From Octopus sinensis (lineage: Eukaryota): a stretch of DNA of 23,184 nucleotides. The stretch is taken from contig NW_021836617.1 in the NCBI RefSeq assembly GCF_006345805.1, forward strand, positions 1 to 23,184, in the 5' to 3' direction. How positions within the stretch are numbered: position 1 is the stretch's first letter; the number at the start of each line of letters is the position of its first letter. Shown in pieces: positions 20,840 through 23,184 of the stretch. The notes beneath the pieces are model-generated. The model searched no databases, was not told the origin of the DNA, and was given only the letters and a program-made list of their open reading frames with translations. The position numbers and the translations under genes are program-made.

Positions 20840-21224
20840 AGGAGCACTCCGTCGGTTACGACGATGAGGGTCCCAGCTGATACGATCAACGGAACAGCCT
20901 GCTCGTGGAATTAACGTGCAAGTGGCTGAGCACTCCACAGACACGTGTACCCTTAACGTAGTTCTCGGGGATATTCAGCGTGACACAGAGAGTGACAAGC
21001 CGGCCCTTTGAAATACAGGTACAACAGAAGAAACGGGAAGAAAGAGTGAGAGAAAGTTGTGGTGAAGAGTACAGCATGGGATCACCACCACCCCCGTGCA
21101 GGAGCCTCGTGGAGCTTTAGGTGTTTTGCTCAATAAACACTCACAACGCCCGGTCTGGGAATCGAAACAGCGATCCTACGATCGCGAGTCCGCTGCCCTA
21201 ACCACTGGGCCATTGCGCCTCCAC
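20840..21224 (-). mobile_element. SINE family D monomer
   Basis: Homologous to 12724-13110. Candidate TSD ccttacataa at 20830-20839 and 21232-21241, offset by 7 extra bases. Confidence 0.9.
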
Positions 21225-21354
21225 AAATAATCCTTACATAATCCTTAAACGCTTAAATGAAAATCGTCGCTTTTCCTTTGCGAAAGAGGAAGAAATATTG
21301 TTTGTATCGGTTGATGCGGTGGCCGGTTTCTTTTATTTCTTCGAAGATCTGAAC

Positions 21355-21560
21355 TCTTCTCCGTCTCCAATAATATTAACCAGGTGAAGCAATTTTTCTG
21401 CGGAGAGAGATGTATGATGCACGTTCGTATGCATGGGTGTGCGGATATGAAAAAACCCTTCTGTTTCTGATTTTAAGCCAGAAGACAACTAACCATTGAT
21501 GGGTAAGAGCTTTGGTAACATCGGTATTATTAGCTCTTTGGGTATTTGCCATTGAGAGGT
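21355..21560 (-). mobile_element. Older degraded fragment of an R4/Dong-like LINE (region before the CCHC finger)
   Basis: The minus strand gives DVTKALTHQWL..., then ...GLKSETEGF-like in a shifted frame, then a GDG remnant. This parallels the WLRSSGLKAETEGF...CGDG region of the 4806 element. Confidence 0.6.
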
Positions 21561-21565
21561 TTTTA

Positions 21566-21628
21566 TTATCATCATCACCATATTCATCGTCATCAACATC
21601 ATCATTATTATTAATTATTATTATTATT

Positions 21629-21691
<63 letters not shown>

Positions 21692-21694
21692 TCA

Positions 21695-21730
<36 letters not shown>

Positions 21731-21970
21731 TATCATCCTCACCATCATTATAGTATTAATTATTATTATTATTATTATCATCATCATCATCATTATCATC
21801 ATCATCATCATCATTATTATTATTAATCATATTATATTATTATTATAATTATTATCATCATCATCATCATCATCATCATCGTCATCTCATCATCATCATC
21901 ATTATTATTATTCTCATCATTATATTATTCATCATCATCATCATCATCATCATCATTATCATTATTATTA

Positions 21971-22009
<39 letters not shown>

Positions 22010-22028
22010 CATTACTATTATTATTATT
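21566..22028. repeat. Composite (ATC)n/(ATT)n microsatellite
   Basis: Direct. Confidence 0.95.
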
Positions 22029-22339
22029 CAGATATCATAAGCTCAGAAGCTGAAAAAGAAAAAATATGGCCACGAAATGGAAAAGCGAAATCGATGAAGC
22101 AATCGGGAAAAAAATTAAAGAAATGATGCGAGACAAAGCCGCACATATATAAGCAGAAAAGGTCAAACTACTGCAAGGATAACAGTGTCGCTTTCTGATC
22201 CTCATCTGACGAAATGACGAAACGATTGTGGATCACCTGTAACATGTTGTAATATTAGATAAACATTATTTATATTCTTGTCCTGTTTGAACTATATTTT
22301 GTTGAAATGATTGTCGTGAAGGAATAAATGTTATACCAA

Positions 22340-23184
22340 TACCTATTTCTTTACTACCCACAAGGGGCTAAACATAGAGGGGACAAACAAAAGACAGACT
22401 TACGTATTAATTCGATTACATCGACCCCAGTGCGCAACTGGTACTTATTTAATCGACACCGAAAGGATGAAAGGCAAAGTTGACCTCGGCGGAATTTGAA
22501 CTCAGAACGTAACGGCAGACGAAATACCTATTTCTTTATTACCCACAAGGGGCTAAACATAGCGGGGACAAACAAAAGACAGACTTACGTATTAATTCGA
22601 TTACATCGACCCCAGTGCGTAACTGGTACTTGTTTAATCGACCCCGAAAGGATGAAAGGCAAAGTCGACCTCGGCGGAATTTGAACTCAGAACGTAACGG
22701 CAGACGAAATACCTATTTCTTTACTACCCACAAGGGGCTAAACACAGAGGGGACAGACAAGGACAGACAAAGGGACTAAGTCGATAACATCGACCCCAGT
22801 GCGTAACTGGTACTTAATTTATCGACGCCGAAAGGATGAAAGGCAAAGTCGACCTCGGCGGAATTTGAACTCAGAATAATGGCAGACACGAAATACCTAT
22901 TTACTACACTATTTCTATTTTCCCCACTAAGGGCTAAACAAAAAGGGGACAAACACGGACCAGACTTACGTAATTAATTCGATTACATCGACCCCAGTGC
23001 GCAACTGGTACTTAATTTATCGACCCCGAAAGGATGAAAGGCAAAGTCGACCTCGGCGGAATTTGAACTCAGAACGTAACGGCAGACGAAATACCTATTT
23101 CTTTATTACCACAAGGGGCTAACATAGAGGGGAACAAACAAGGACAGACTTACGTATTAATTCGATTACATCGACCCCAGAGCG
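22340..23184 (-). mobile_element. SINE family A tandem array, at least 5 units of about 185 bp, running off the window end
   Basis: Units start at about 22340, 22522, 22707, 22891 and 23089. Every junction reads gcagacgaaatacctatt. Confidence 0.92.

Noticed and set aside
21376-21826. Poly-Met/Ile/His ORFs
   Set aside because: Translations of (ATC/ATT)n; only the LINE-derived part is meaningful.
22196-22235. Second hammerhead-like core CTGACGA-aatgac-GAAAC with flanking gatcc/ggatc
   Set aside because: Stem II and stem III do not pair and stem I needs a bulge. Roughly one bare core match is expected by chance in a window this size, so it is at most a decayed relic.

Overview
Eukaryotic, AT-rich, repeat-dominated genomic DNA. 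The SINE and microsatellite repertoire looks like octopus (coleoid cephalopod) DNA; that assignment is from memory and no search was run. Only one credible protein-coding gene is present: an intronless 325-aa rhodopsin-class (class A) GPCR ORF (1378-2355, +) with many canonical activation motifs replaced. The rest comprises five tRNA-headed SINE families (working labels A-E, about 16 copies, several as tandem multimers or nested); a 5'-truncated R4/Dong-like restriction-endonuclease LINE preceded by five tandem copies of its own 3'UTR embedded in (AAT)n, plus a second relic; a CR1 3' end; a dead mariner; a 422-bp MITE with a perfect 8-bp TSD; a non-autonomous Helitron; a foldback element; a 227-bp near-perfect palindrome; a minimal type I hammerhead-ribozyme-like motif; and long microsatellites. 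Nearly all other ORFs in the track are microsatellite or repeat artefacts.
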